Source of the DNA: Candidatus Amphirhobacter heronislandensis
GTDB taxonomy: Bacteria > Pseudomonadota > Gammaproteobacteria > Tethybacterales > Tethybacteraceae
Reading direction: 5' to 3'
Assembly (NCBI GenBank): GCA_001750625.1
Contig: MEIE01000001.1
Span: 9,316-73,315, forward strand
DNA: 64,000 bases
Program-made: the position numbers and the translations under genes
Shown here: piece by piece, positions 1-8,128 of the stretch
How the letters are laid out: each line of letters begins with the position of its first letter
Position numbering within the stretch: the first letter of the stretch is position 1
Notes under the pieces: generated by a model
The model's database searches: none
Told to the model about the DNA's origin: nothing
What the model saw: only the letters and a program-made list of their open reading frames with translations

Positions 1-1040
1 TCGTCATCTCGGCCTCGCACAACCCCTACCGCGACAACGGCGTCAAGGTCTTCGACGCGGCCGGCAGCAAGCTGAGCGACGAGCAGGAGCGCGCCATCGA
101 GGAGATCGTCAACGGCGAACAAAGCCGGCTGCGCTGGGCGGCGGAGCCAGGCAAGGCGCGGCGCATCGACGACGCGACCGACCGCTACGTGGCCTTTTGC
201 CGCAGCACGGTGCCGGGCCTGGACCTCAGCGGCCTCAACGTCGTCTGCGACGCCGCGAACGGCGCGGGCTACCAGGCGGCGCCGGCGGCGCTGCGGGCCC
301 TGGGCGCGACGGTGCGCGAGCACGGCTGCGAGCCGGACGGCACCAACATCAACGCCGGCTGCGGCGCCCTGCACCCGCAGGCGGCCGCCGAGCTGGTGAC
401 GCGGGAGGGCTGCGACCTCGGCATCGTCCTCGACGGCGACGGCGACCGGCTGCAGATGATCACCGCCGCGGGCCGCGTCCTCGACGGCGACGCGATCCTG
501 CACGCGCTGAGCAGCCTGTGGCGGGCGCAGGGCCGGGCGCCGGCCGGCGTGGTGGGCACGGTGATGTCCAACCAGGCCCTGGCGGACGCGCTGGCCGAGC
601 TCGGCGTGGGCTTCGAGCGCAGCGACGTGGGCGACCGCAACGTGGCGCAGCGGCTGCGCGAGCGCGGCTGGAACCTGGGCGGCGAGCCGGCGGGGCACAT
701 CCTGATCCTCGACCGCCACATCACCGGCGACGGCCTGATCGCGGCCCTGGCGGTGCTGGCGGCGCTGGCGCCGTCCAAGGCGAGCCTGGCGGAGGCCAGC
801 GCCTCCTACGAGGCCTATCCGGCGGTGCTGCAGAGCATCGCCTGCGGCCCCGGCGACGGGCTGTACGCGAAGCTCGCGCCGGTGGTCGAGGACCTGGCGG
901 AACGGGACGGCGTGCGCCGCGCGGTGCTGCGGCCGTCGGGCACCGAACCGGTGCTGCGGCTGCTGGTCGAGGCGCGCGACCTGGAGCTGGCGCGGGCCGC
1001 CGCCGCCGACGTCGTGGCGCGGGCGGACGCCGCCGCGTAA
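1..1040 (+). CDS. glmM: Phosphoglucosamine mutase GlmM, 5'-truncated by the window edge (coding frame starts at nt 3)
   Basis: Translation from nt 3 reads VISASHNPYRDNGVKVFDAAG, the phosphohexomutase active-site Ser loop. The C-terminal 283 aa ORF ends ...VLRLLVEARDLELARAAA. Colinear with GlmM throughout. Confidence 0.9.
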   Translation, partial: VISASHNPYRDNGVKVFDAAGSKLSDEQERAIEEIVNGEQSRLRWAAEPGKARRIDDATDRYVAFCRSTVPGLDLSGLNVVCDAANGAGYQAAPAALRALGATVREHGCEPDGTNINAGCGALHPQAAAELVTREGCDLGIVLDGDGDRLQMITAAGRVLDGDAILHALSSLWRAQGRAPAGVVGTVMSNQALADALAELGVGFERSDVGDRNVAQRLRERGWNLGGEPAGHILILDRHITGDGLIAALAVLAALAPSKASLAEASASYEAYPAVLQSIACGPGDGLYAKLAPVVEDLAERDGVRRAVLRPSGTEPVLRLLVEARDLELARAAAADVVARADAAA

Positions 1041-1059
1041 TAAAATAGCCACAGGCTCT

Positions 1060-3280
1060 TTGCCTGAATCCCCTATGACCCGGATCATCGCCAATTTGAT
1101 AGTGTCGCTCGTCGCCTGCGCGCTGCTGGCGACGTACGAGGGCAAGCCGGACTTCCTGTCGATTCAAAGCGTCGAGGAGCTCGAGCGCTTCGCCTACGAC
1201 CTGCGGATGCTCAACAGCATCGAGGGGGTCCAGCCCCAGCCCGAGAAGGAGGTCGTCATCATCGACATCGACCGCCGCAGCGTCGAGCAGATCGAGTCCT
1301 GGCCCTGGCGCCGCGACCGGCTGTCGGAGCTGCTCAGGATCCTGCACGACGACCACGAGGTCCAGCTGGTGGTTTTCCCCGAGGTCCTGCAGGAAACCGG
1401 CGACCAGACCCGGGCGGTCATCAGCGAGCTCAAGGAGAAATTCAGCTATGACGGCGCGATTCAAAAAGCCATCGAGCAGATCGAGCCTGAATACGATTTC
1501 GACCAGAAGCTGCGGGACACGGTCGACGGCCGGCCGATGATCCTCGGCTACATGGTCGACGAAAGCGAGCGGCAGAGCGGCCAGCTGCCGCGGATCGTCG
1601 AGCTGTTCGACATCGCCTCGGGCCGCAACAAGGGCTTCAAGCCCAGCGAGCTGCGGGAGTACATCCAGGACTGGAGCAGCTACAGCGGCTACTTCGCCAG
1701 CAACGATTTCTTCCATGACCGCGCGGTGGACTCCGGCATCGTCCACCTGAGCCCGGACGTCGACGGCATCATCCGGGAATACGAAGTGATCGCGGAGCTC
1801 AACAGCCAGCTGTACCTGTCGCTGCCGGCGGTGGTCGAGCGCTACGCCGGCAACCTGCTCAACCCGAATCAGGTCTACGCCTACGCCGTGCCCAGCGGCG
1901 TCGCCGCGGGCGTCCATTCGATCGGGACGCGCGAGAGCCAGACGCCGATAACCTCCACCGGCAGGGTCATGCTCGGCTACCAGGGCGGCGTCGGCCCGCG
2001 CAGCAGCGTCTTCCCCTACTACTCGGCCTACGATTTGATGAACGGCGCCGTCGAAGAAGGCGCGCTCGTGGACAAGATCGCCTTCATCGGCTCGTCGTCG
2101 CAGGAAGTCAACGACCTGTGGAACACGCCGGTCGGCGCCCGGGTGCCGGGCATCGAGCTGCACGCGCTCGCCTACCGCAACCTGCGCGACCAGTCGTCGC
2201 TGTCGCGGCCGCACTCGGCGCTGGTGGTGGAAAACGTGCTGCTGCTGCTGCTGGCGCTGGCGCTGTCGGTGCTGTACGTGCGGCTGCGGGTGGTGATGAC
2301 GGTCGGCGTCAGCCTGGGCCTGGCGGCGGTCGTCATCTACCTGAACTACAACGTCATGTGGCTGGGCAGCCAGGACGTCTACCGCCTGGTGCCGTTCATC
2401 GCGCTCATCGTCGCGCTGATGGCGACAGTACATCCCGCCGGAGCTGGCCAAGGAGGTCAACGCCTCGAAGAAAGGCTTCTCGATGGAAGGCGAGAGCCGC
2501 GACATGACGATCCTGTTCTCGGACGTGCGCGGCTTCACGACGATCTCCGAAAGCCTCGACCCGAGCGACCTCACCAAGCTGATGAACCAGATGCTGTCGG
2601 CGATGTCCTACGAGATCCACCACAGCCGGGGGACGATCGACAAGTACATCGGCGACGCGGTGATGGCGTTTTGGAACGCGCCGCTCGACGACCCGAACCA
2701 CGCGCTGAACGCCGTGCGCGGCGCGATGGGCATGCAGCGGGCGATGGCCAAGCTGTCGAAGGAGCTGGTGGAGAAGGGCATGCCGGAGCTCAAGATGGGC
2801 ATCGGCCTCAACACCGGCACCGCCTGCGTCGGCAACATGGGCTCGAACATCCGCCTGTCGTACACGGTGATGGGCGACACGGTGAACCTGGCGTCGCGGC
2901 TCGAGGGCATCACCAAGCAGTACGGCGTGGACATCATCGTCGGCGAGCGCACCTACGAGATGACCAAGGAGCATTACCTGTACCGGCCGGTGGACGCGGT
3001 GCGGGTCAAGGGCAAGAACCAGGCGGTGATGATCTACAGCCCGATCGGCGACGTGCGCGCCGCGACCGAGAACATGCGGCAGCTGCACGAACTGTCGAAC
3101 GAGTACTGGGAGATGTACAACCACCGCGGCTTCGGCAACATGGTGGCGATCATCGAGCAGCTCAAGGCGATTTTCCCCGACGACGGGCTGCTGGACATCT
3201 ACCTGCACAAGGCGCAGCATCTGCTCGCGGCGCCGCCGCCGGACGACTGGGAAGCCGTCACCAATTTCGACACCAAATGA
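1060..3280 (+). pseudogene. CHASE2 sensor adenylate/guanylate cyclase (class III) with its reading frame broken near nt 2417-2428, either by a genuine lesion or by assembly error
   Basis: ORF 1060..3303 encodes an N-terminal TM anchor, a CHASE2-like periplasmic region (VVIIDIDRRSVEQIESWPWRRDRL) and three TM helices. The +1 frame from 2426 continues QYIPPELAKEVNAS...MTILFSDVRGFT...YIGDAVMAFWNAP...GTACVGNMGS, a class III cyclase catalytic domain ending at 3280. A TGA lies in the downstream frame at 2417-2419. Confidence 0.75.
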
Positions 3281-3299
3281 AAAAAGGAGATACGCGCGG

Positions 3300-4085
3300 A
3301 TGAAAATCAAGGTGCTGGGGTGCTCTGGAGGCGTGGCCGCAGGCCACGACTCGACATGCCTGTTGCTGGGCGACGAGCTTTTAGTGGACGCGGGCACGGG
3401 CGCGCGGAAACTGGCGCCGGAGGAGGCGCTGCGGATCAAGGACATCCTGGTGTCGCACTCGCACCTCGATCACATCACCTCGATCTGCTTCATCGCCGAC
3501 CAGGACATCGAGCACCGCAAGGAGGCGACGCGCATCCACGCGCTGCCGGAGACGGCCTCGGCGCTGCGGCGCTACGTGGTCAACGAGATCATCTGGCCCG
3601 AGATCGAGAAGGTGATCATCAACGGCGTGCAGATGGTGGAGTTCCACGTGCTGCGGGCCTTCGAGACGGTCGACATCCGCGGCTACCGCATCACGCCGCT
3701 GCCGGTGCGGCACGCGCTGCCGACGCTGGGCTTCTGCTTCCACGGCGAGAACGGCAGCATGGTGTTCATCTCGGACATGATCTCGGCCAGCGACGAGGTC
3801 TGGGCCTGGATCAACGCGCAGGACGACCTGCGCTACTTCATCACCGAGACCGCTTTTCCGAACCGGCTCGAGGAGCTGGCGCGGATCTCCAAGCACCTGA
3901 CGCCGCAGATGTACGCCGACCTGTGCAAGGACAACCTGAGCCCCGCGAAGCTCAAGAGCGTCGAGCTGTACGCGACGCACATCAAGCCGCTGTACAACCA
4001 GCAGGTCCTGGACGAGATCAAGGAGCTCGAGAGCCAGGGCCTCAAGGTCAAGGCGCTCGAACACGACATGGAGTTCGACCTGTAG
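3300..4085 (+). CDS. cpdP: 3',5'-cyclic-nucleotide phosphodiesterase, class II (PDE1/CpdP type, metallo-beta-lactamase fold), cytoplasmic
   Basis: N-terminal VLGCSGG motif and HSHLDHITS (HxHLDH) signature typical of class II cAMP PDEs. No signal peptide. It lies 20 nt downstream of the cyclase on the same strand. Confidence 0.65.
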   Translation: MKIKVLGCSGGVAAGHDSTCLLLGDELLVDAGTGARKLAPEEALRIKDILVSHSHLDHITSICFIADQDIEHRKEATRIHALPETASALRRYVVNEIIWPEIEKVIINGVQMVEFHVLRAFETVDIRGYRITPLPVRHALPTLGFCFHGENGSMVFISDMISASDEVWAWINAQDDLRYFITETAFPNRLEELARISKHLTPQMYADLCKDNLSPAKLKSVELYATHIKPLYNQQVLDEIKELESQGLKVKALEHDMEFDL

Positions 4086-4098
4086 CCGGCGCCTTTCG

Positions 4099-4701
4099 CT
4101 AACAGAGGAAGACGACCACCCGCCGGGGGCCGTGGGCCCCGAGGACGAGGGTCTGCTCGATGTCCGCGGTCCGCGAGGGCCCGGCGATGAGGGCCGCGAC
4201 GCCGGCGGGCGAGGCGCCGAGGGCGGCGTCGAGATGGTCGAGGGAAGGATGGACCTTCTCCTTGCGCAGCAGCGCGAGGTGGGTGTCGGCGAGCAGGCTG
4301 AAGTCCTGCGGATCGCTGGCGCCGGTCGCGATCAGCTGGCCGGTTTCGGCGATGGCGCCGTCGACTTCGGTAAGCGCGGCCTTGAGGCTCTCGTCCCAGT
4401 CTTGCTGGATCCGGATTTCCTGGCTGGCCCAGTCGAGTTCGCGCAGCGCCGCGGGCGCGACGGCGAGGACCGGCGGCAGGCCGGCCGCGCGCAGGGCCTC
4501 GGCGGCGGCGGCGGGCAGTTCGGCGAGGGAGGCGATTTCATGGAGCTCGCAGCCGCACAGCTCGAGCTTGGCGCGCAGTTCGGCGAGGCCGGCGCCGTCG
4601 TAGGCGTCGCGGCCGAAAGCCTCGGGCGCGGCCGGCGCCGGCGGGATTTTCGCCAGGGCGCGGCGCAGGTCGGCGAGGATGAGGTCGCGGTCGTCGTCCA
4701 T
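4099..4701 (-). CDS. lutC: Lactate utilisation protein LutC (LUD domain, YkgG family)
   Basis: C-terminal ITGPSRTADIEQTLVLGAHGPRRVVVFL matches the LUD-domain signature. Final gene of the lutAB(X)C cluster. Confidence 0.75.
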   Translation of the reverse strand: MDDDRDLILADLRRALAKIPPAPAAPEAFGRDAYDGAGLAELRAKLELCGCELHEIASLAELPAAAAEALRAAGLPPVLAVAPAALRELDWASQEIRIQQDWDESLKAALTEVDGAIAETGQLIATGASDPQDFSLLADTHLALLRKEKVHPSLDHLDAALGASPAGVAALIAGPSRTADIEQTLVLGAHGPRRVVVFLC

Positions 4702-4708
4702 CGCTGCC

Positions 4709-5668
4709 TCAGCCGACGAGGTGGCGGGGCGCGCCGCTGAAAAAAGCGTCGGTGGTTTCGGCGAGCATGCGCGCGAGGCGCTGCTGGGACTCCATGCTGG
4801 CCCAGGCGACGTGCGGGCTGAGCACCAGGCCGGGGTGGCGGCAGTGCAGCAGCGGCTCGGCGGCGGGCGGCGGCTCGGCGGCGAGGACGTCGATGCCGGC
4901 GCCGCGCAGCTTGCCGGCCTCGAGCGCGGCGACGAGGGCGGCCGAGTCGACGAGGGCGCCGCGGGCGGTGTTGATGAGGATGGCGCCGTCCTTCATCTTC
5001 GCGATGGCCGCGGCGTCGATCATGCCGCGGTTGGCGGCGGTGAGCGGGCAGTGCAGGCTGACGACGTCCGAGGTCGCGAGCAGCTCGTCGAGGCCGAGGC
5101 GCGGCAGCTCGTCCTGCTCGCCGTCGTGGCGCTCGAGGAAGACGGTCTTCATGCCGACGCTGGCGCACAGCTCGGCGCTGGCGCGGCCTAGGCTGCCGCT
5201 GCCGATGAAGCCGGCCTGCCGGCCGCGCAGCTCGATGATGGGATGGTCTTGCAGGCAGAAGATGTCGGCGTTCGCCCAGGTGCCGTCGCCGGCGGCGGCG
5301 TGGTAGGGGACGACGGCGCGCGCGGCCGCGAAGATCAGCGCGAGGACGTGCTCGGGGACCGAGCTGACCGAGTAGCCCGGGCTGTTGGCGACGGCGACGC
5401 CGCGCTGTTTGCAGCAGGCCAGGTCGATGATGTCGTAGCCGGTCGCGGCGACGACGACCAGCTTGAGCCTGGCGGCGCCGGCGAGCGCGTCGGCGCCGAG
5501 CGGGACCTTGTTGGTGTAGACGACGTCCGCGGCGGCGATGCGCGCCGCGACGTCGGCGTCCGCGACGAGGGGATGGACGTCCCAGGTCGCGAGGGATGCG
5601 GGCTTGACCAGCTCGCAGGCGATGGTCTTGGCGTCGAGGAAGACGCCGTGGCGCTGTTCAGTCGTCAT
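4709..5668 (-). CDS. D-isomer-specific 2-hydroxyacid dehydrogenase (glycerate dehydrogenase / hydroxypyruvate reductase-like), NAD(P)-binding
   Basis: Protein MTTEQRHGVFLDAKT...GFIGSGSLG...(Rossmann GxGxxG)...LINTARGALVD...SPHVAWAS matches the D-2-hydroxyacid dehydrogenase family. The start at 5668 overlaps the lutB stop (ATGACGACTGA). The ORF-track 5' extension (Ala/Pro-rich) looks spurious. Confidence 0.8.
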   Translation of the reverse strand: MTTEQRHGVFLDAKTIACELVKPASLATWDVHPLVADADVAARIAAADVVYTNKVPLGADALAGAARLKLVVVAATGYDIIDLACCKQRGVAVANSPGYSVSSVPEHVLALIFAAARAVVPYHAAAGDGTWANADIFCLQDHPIIELRGRQAGFIGSGSLGRASAELCASVGMKTVFLERHDGEQDELPRLGLDELLATSDVVSLHCPLTAANRGMIDAAAIAKMKDGAILINTARGALVDSAALVAALEAGKLRGAGIDVLAAEPPPAAEPLLHCRHPGLVLSPHVAWASMESQQRLARMLAETTDAFFSGAPRHLVG

Positions 5669-6992
5669 GGCGGGAGGAGGCGGAGGAGGAAAAGCGGAAA
5701 GGGCGCTCGGCGGGGGTGCGCAGGGCGCGGCCGGCGAACCAGCCCGCGCCGCCGGGCAGGGCGTCGAGGCGCTGCGCGCGGCCGCCGACAAGGCGCAGGA
5801 CGGCCGAGGCGAGGCGCGCGCCGAAGGCGTAGAGCCGCGGCCGGGTCGCGGCGGCCAGCCACAGGGCGAAGAGGAGTTTTTGCAGCCGGCTCTCGCGGCC
5901 GGCCTCGACCTGGTCCTCGCGCAGCTCGCGCATCAGCTCGGGCAGGGGGATCTTCACCGGGCAGCTGGCCGAGCAGGCGCCGCACATGGTGGCCGCGTGC
6001 GGCAGGTCGTCGTGCCGCGGGCCGAAGAGGTTGGGCGACAGCACCGCGCCCATCGGCCCGACGTAGACCGAGTCGTAGCTGAGGCCGCCGGCGGTCTTGT
6101 AGACCGGGCAGTGGTTCATGCAGGAGCCGCAGCGGATGCAGCGCAGCATGGCGCGGTATTTGCCGGCGAGCAGCCGGGAGCGGCCGCCGTCGACGAGGAC
6201 GATGTGGTGGTGCTCGGGATGGCGGCCGCCGCCGGGGCCGGTGGCGAGGCTGACGTAGGCGCTGCTGTGCTGGCCGGTCGCGGCGCGCGGCAGCAGCCGC
6301 AGCAGCTTGCCGAGCTCGGCGAGGCCGGGAATGACCTTCTCGATGCCGGCGACCGACACCCTCACGCGCGGCCGGGCGCCGCTGAAGCGGCCGTTGCCCT
6401 CGTTGGTGACGATCGCGACGCTGCCGGTGGCCGCGACGAGGAAGTTGGCGATGGCCTCCTTGCTGTCCTTGAGGCCGCCGCCGTGCTTGGCGGCGAACAG
6501 GGCGTTGACCTCCTTGGCGGTCATGTGGATGATCGGCGCGATGATGTGCGAGGGCCGGCCGCCGCTGAGCTGGACGACGTACTCGCCGAGGTCGGTCTCG
6601 AGGACCTCGAGGCCGGCGCGCTCGAGGCCGTCGTTGAGCTCGATCTCCTCGGTCAGCATCGACTTGGACTTGATGACGCTGCGGCAGCCGTGCTTTTTGG
6701 CGATGGCCGCGACGATGCGCCGCGCCGCGGCCGCGTCGCGGGCCCAGTGGACCTCGGCGCCGGCGGCGCGGGCGCGTTCCTCGAAGCGCTCGAGCAGCTC
6801 GGGCAGCCGGCCGACCGCCTCCTCGCGGATGCGGGTGCCCTCGTCGCGCCAGCGCGGATAGTCCGGGTGGGCCATGGCCTTGTCGGCGTTGCCGAACAGC
6901 TGCCGCTTGGCGGTTTCCATCGCCTGGCGCAGGGCGGGGCCGTCCTTGTCGGCGGCGGCCCGGCGGGCGAAGCTGATGGGGGCGGTCGCCAT
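5658..6992 (-). CDS. lutB: Iron-sulfur lactate utilisation protein LutB (YkgF family, 2x 4Fe-4S ferredoxin motifs, DUF162)
   Basis: CIRCGSCMNHCPVY and CGACSASCPVKIP Cys clusters. Overall similarity to LutB/YkgF. Confidence 0.85.
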   Translation of the reverse strand: MATAPISFARRAAADKDGPALRQAMETAKRQLFGNADKAMAHPDYPRWRDEGTRIREEAVGRLPELLERFEERARAAGAEVHWARDAAAARRIVAAIAKKHGCRSVIKSKSMLTEEIELNDGLERAGLEVLETDLGEYVVQLSGGRPSHIIAPIIHMTAKEVNALFAAKHGGGLKDSKEAIANFLVAATGSVAIVTNEGNGRFSGARPRVRVSVAGIEKVIPGLAELGKLLRLLPRAATGQHSSAYVSLATGPGGGRHPEHHHIVLVDGGRSRLLAGKYRAMLRCIRCGSCMNHCPVYKTAGGLSYDSVYVGPMGAVLSPNLFGPRHDDLPHAATMCGACSASCPVKIPLPELMRELREDQVEAGRESRLQKLLFALWLAAATRPRLYAFGARLASAVLRLVGGRAQRLDALPGGAGWFAGRALRTPAERPFRFSSSASSRHDD

Positions 6993-6996
6993 GGAC

Positions 6997-7728
6997 TCAG
7001 TCCGCGATGAGCTCGGCGTAGTGGTGGACCGGCAACGCTTCGCCGCGGCGCAGCATGCGGCCTTCGATGTTCAGCAGGCAGCCGAGGTCGCCGAGCGCGA
7101 GGACGTCGGCGCCCGCGGCGAGGGCGCAGCGGCATTTGTCCTCGGCCATGTGGGCGGAGACTTCGCCGAACTTGACGGCGAAGCTGCCGCCGAAGCCGCA
7201 GCAGACGTCGGCGTCCTCGAGGGGGACCAGGGTGTGGCCGGCGGCGGCGAGCAGCGCGCGCGGCCCGTCATGGATCCCGAGCTCGCGCAGGCCGGCGCAG
7301 GAGTCGTGGTAGGCGATCGTCAGCGGCTTCGCGGCCGGCCGCGGCTCGAAGCCGCGTTCGACGAGGTACTCGGACAGCTCCATGCACTTGGCGGCGAACT
7401 CCCGCGCCTCGGCCGCGCCTTCCTCGTCCGGCGCGAACAGCCCGGCCATGTGCTTCTTGATCGCGCCGACGCAGGAGCCCGACGGCGCGACGACGGTGGC
7501 GCAGTCCGCGAACAGCCGCGCCATCCGCAGCAGCAGCCGCTTGGCGTCGGCGCGGCGGCCGGCGTTGAGGGCGGGCTGGCCGCAGCAGGTCTGGGCGGCC
7601 GGGATCCGGGGCTCGGCCCCGCAGGCCGCCGCGATCAGGCGCCGGGTGGCCGCGGCGACGCCGGGGCGCATCAGGTCGGCGATGCAGGTGCTCAGCAGGC
7701 CGGGCGCGGGCTGGCGGTCGTCGGGCAT
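6997..7728 (-). CDS. lutA: Fe-S oxidoreductase LutA (CCG-domain protein, YkgE family)
   Basis: Two CCG motifs (CCGQPALNAG, CCGFGGSF). First gene of the lut cluster, 4 nt upstream of lutB. Confidence 0.85.
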   Translation of the reverse strand: MPDDRQPAPGLLSTCIADLMRPGVAAATRRLIAAACGAEPRIPAAQTCCGQPALNAGRRADAKRLLLRMARLFADCATVVAPSGSCVGAIKKHMAGLFAPDEEGAAEAREFAAKCMELSEYLVERGFEPRPAAKPLTIAYHDSCAGLRELGIHDGPRALLAAAGHTLVPLEDADVCCGFGGSFAVKFGEVSAHMAEDKCRCALAAGADVLALGDLGCLLNIEGRMLRRGEALPVHHYAELIAD

Positions 7729-7752
7729 GGGCTTTTGCGAGGATTCTAGGGC

Positions 7753-7807
7753 AAGCGGCCGGCCGCTACATGTAGTGGCGCGGGCGGCGGCGAGGCTTCA
7801 CATGTAG
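7753..7807. promoter_or_regulatory. Candidate operator region in the divergent lutA / acpP promoter: 14-bp perfect palindrome AGCGGCCGGCCGCT plus two copies of ACATGTAGT (palindromic ACATGT core) 32 bp apart
   Basis: Read directly from the sequence: palindrome at 7753-7766, motif copies at 7767-7775 and 7799-7807. Function inferred only from position between divergent operons. Confidence 0.3.
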
Positions 7808-7869
7808 TTAATCGGGCGGCTGGGTTAAAATCCGCAGTTGCTACTTTACACATCCTATAGGAGGGCAGC

Positions 7870-8124
7870 GTGGACCAGGCACAGATCAAGAGCGACGTAT
7901 ACGGCATCGTCTCGAGCCTGCTGGGCAAGAAGGCTGATGAGATATCCGACGAGAGCAGGTTCATCGAGGACCTGGGGGCGGATTCCCTGGACAGCGTCGA
8001 GCTCATCATGGAGCTGGAGAAGAAATTCCAGGTCTCGATTCCGGACGAGAAGTCGGCCACCATCAAGACGGTCGGCGAGGCCATAACCCAGATCCAGGAG
8101 CACCTGGAATCACAAGGCAAGTAG
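7870..8124 (+). CDS. acpP: Acyl carrier protein
   Basis: 84 aa with DLGADSLDSVEL, the phosphopantetheine Ser motif. GTG start preceded by AGGAGG RBS. Confidence 0.9.
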   Translation: MDQAQIKSDVYGIVSSLLGKKADEISDESRFIEDLGADSLDSVELIMELEKKFQVSIPDEKSATIKTVGEAITQIQEHLESQGK

Positions 8125-8128
8125 CCTC

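Noticed and set aside
3320-4102. Alternative-frame ORF (260 aa) and antisense ORFs (3381..4064, 3833..4069) overlapping the phosphodiesterase gene
   Set aside because: The PDE frame carries clear MBL/PDE-II motifs. The overlapping frames are compositional artefacts.
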